In this document: positions 31,401 to 32,000 of the stretch, piece after piece | How positions within the stretch are numbered: position 1 is the first letter of the stretch | Layout: every line of letters begins with the position of its first letter | From: Candidatus Omnitrophota bacterium | GTDB lineage: Bacteria; Omnitrophota; Gorgyraeia; Zapsychrales; JANLHA01 | Length of the DNA stretch: 32,000 bases | Direction of reading: 5' to 3' | Assembly: GCA_963662715.1 (NCBI GenBank) | Contig: OY759724.1 | Location: 3,270,001-3,302,000 of the forward strand | The notes under the pieces: generated by a model | The model's database searches: none | What the model was told of the DNA's origin: nothing | The model's input: the letters and a program-made list of their open reading frames with translations, nothing else | Translations under genes and position numbers: made by a program

Positions 31401-32000
31401 AATAGCGGGCCGTCCATCATCCACCAAAACTGTTACGGTATCTCTGGCCGTGCCTTCGGGCCCGGTCGCGGTAATGGTATAAGTCGTATCCGTGACCGGA
31501 TAAACAGCCACAGCCCCGTTAGGATCTACTGCTCCGATTTCAGGTTCGATCGTACAAGTATCCGCATCCGTGGAAATCCAGTACAGGGTTGTAAACTCCC
31601 CGGCCTGAATCGCCGTAGGCTCCGCCTCAATGCTCACGGTCGGCGGAAGCGTGGTATATTCGGTGACGACATCAAAATTCGTGTCATGGTTCAGCCAGCC
31701 GTTGGCATCGCCATACTGAATATAATAATAGGCGATATCATTATCAGCGATATCTCCGTAATCCGGGATACTAGTCCAGGCAAATGTCACTGTTATTGTA
31801 TCCGTGCCGATCACGACTTCGCTGTCCCCAGCCTGCAAATTTATGAATTCAGAGCCGTACCCGCCTTCCTTAATAAACCCCGTATCCTTATACCAGCTTA
31901 AGTATCCCCGGTTGGGATTGCCCGAATCATCCTGGTAATTGATCAGAATCGACACCCTCTCCATGGAATCCGGTTCCGGCACGTTAAACACCAAGGTCGC
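25485..32000 (-). CDS. Giant RHS/YD-repeat protein with teneurin-like architecture (N-terminus beyond the window)
   Basis: The frame is open to nt 32000. Reading from the N-terminus there are two tandem Ig-like repeats (31188-31646) and a carboxypeptidase-regulatory/TTR-like domain (about 30879-31082). An Asp-rich Ca-binding-like stretch follows (about 30300-30415), then six NHL blades (about 28530-29550). Many YD repeats follow (..YxYDxxGRL/V..). The RHS core ends ...[42 protein letters not shown] (ends at nt 25875). A 129-aa tip follows. Confidence 0.9.
   Translation of the reverse strand, partial: [2171 protein letters not shown]
28530..29550 (-). repeat. Six tandem NHL-repeat coding units (about 165-170 nt each) inside the Rhs gene
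   Basis: Recurrent DNA and protein blocks are seen: ...[32 protein letters not shown]..IRKVD... At the DNA level, gccgggccgccgtccccg and gtgat(g/a)at(c/a)ccg blocks recur. These are coding repeats, not a CRISPR array. Confidence 0.8.

Overview
The window is 32 kb of moderate-GC bacterial DNA from a lineage that uses PEP-CTERM sorting; the taxon cannot be fixed from sequence alone. All confident genes except rpoN lie on the minus strand.

**Left third (1-8928): an exopolysaccharide locus of the PEP-CTERM type.**
- The genes, in transcription order, are a MerR-like HTH, a Wza-like exporter, a Wzz/GumC-like chain-length determinant, an ExeA-like ATPase and a BY-kinase.
- These are followed by an epimerase, a VanZ-like protein, an unknown 411-aa protein, a pyruvyl transferase and a GT2 glycosyltransferase.
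- A near-consensus sigma-54 promoter (9011-9027) heads this locus and sits back-to-back with rpoN (9366-10757).

**Middle (10.8-22 kb): mobile, RNA and housekeeping features.**
- An IS200/IS605-type tnpA is bracketed by two copies of the same perfect 8-bp-stem hairpin.
- Next to it is a textbook promoter-to-terminator unit with no ORF, a candidate sRNA of about 137 nt.
- The rest is housekeeping or accessory: a PMI-type cupin, a secreted protein, a peroxiredoxin-like protein, a DUF3568-like lipoprotein, a HemL-like aminotransferase and MogA.
- It also holds a three-domain cNMP-binding / degenerate ParA-like / patatin phospholipase, a RumA-type RNA methyltransferase and a PaaK-like adenylating enzyme.

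**Right third (22-32 kb).**
- A PEP-CTERM substrate protein and a helical secreted protein come first.
- An IS256-family element has inserted into the apical loop of a long hairpin of about 118 nt.
- A giant RHS/YD-repeat protein (more than 2170 aa, truncated by the window) has a teneurin-like layout: Ig-like x2, TTR-like, Asp-rich, six NHL blades, YD shell and Rhs core.
- That protein ends in an AT-rich, unrecognisable 129-aa C-terminal tip, followed by an AT-rich multi-pass membrane protein that is a putative immunity gene.

No rRNA, tRNA or CRISPR array was seen. All family calls come from reading the translations by eye; no database search was run.
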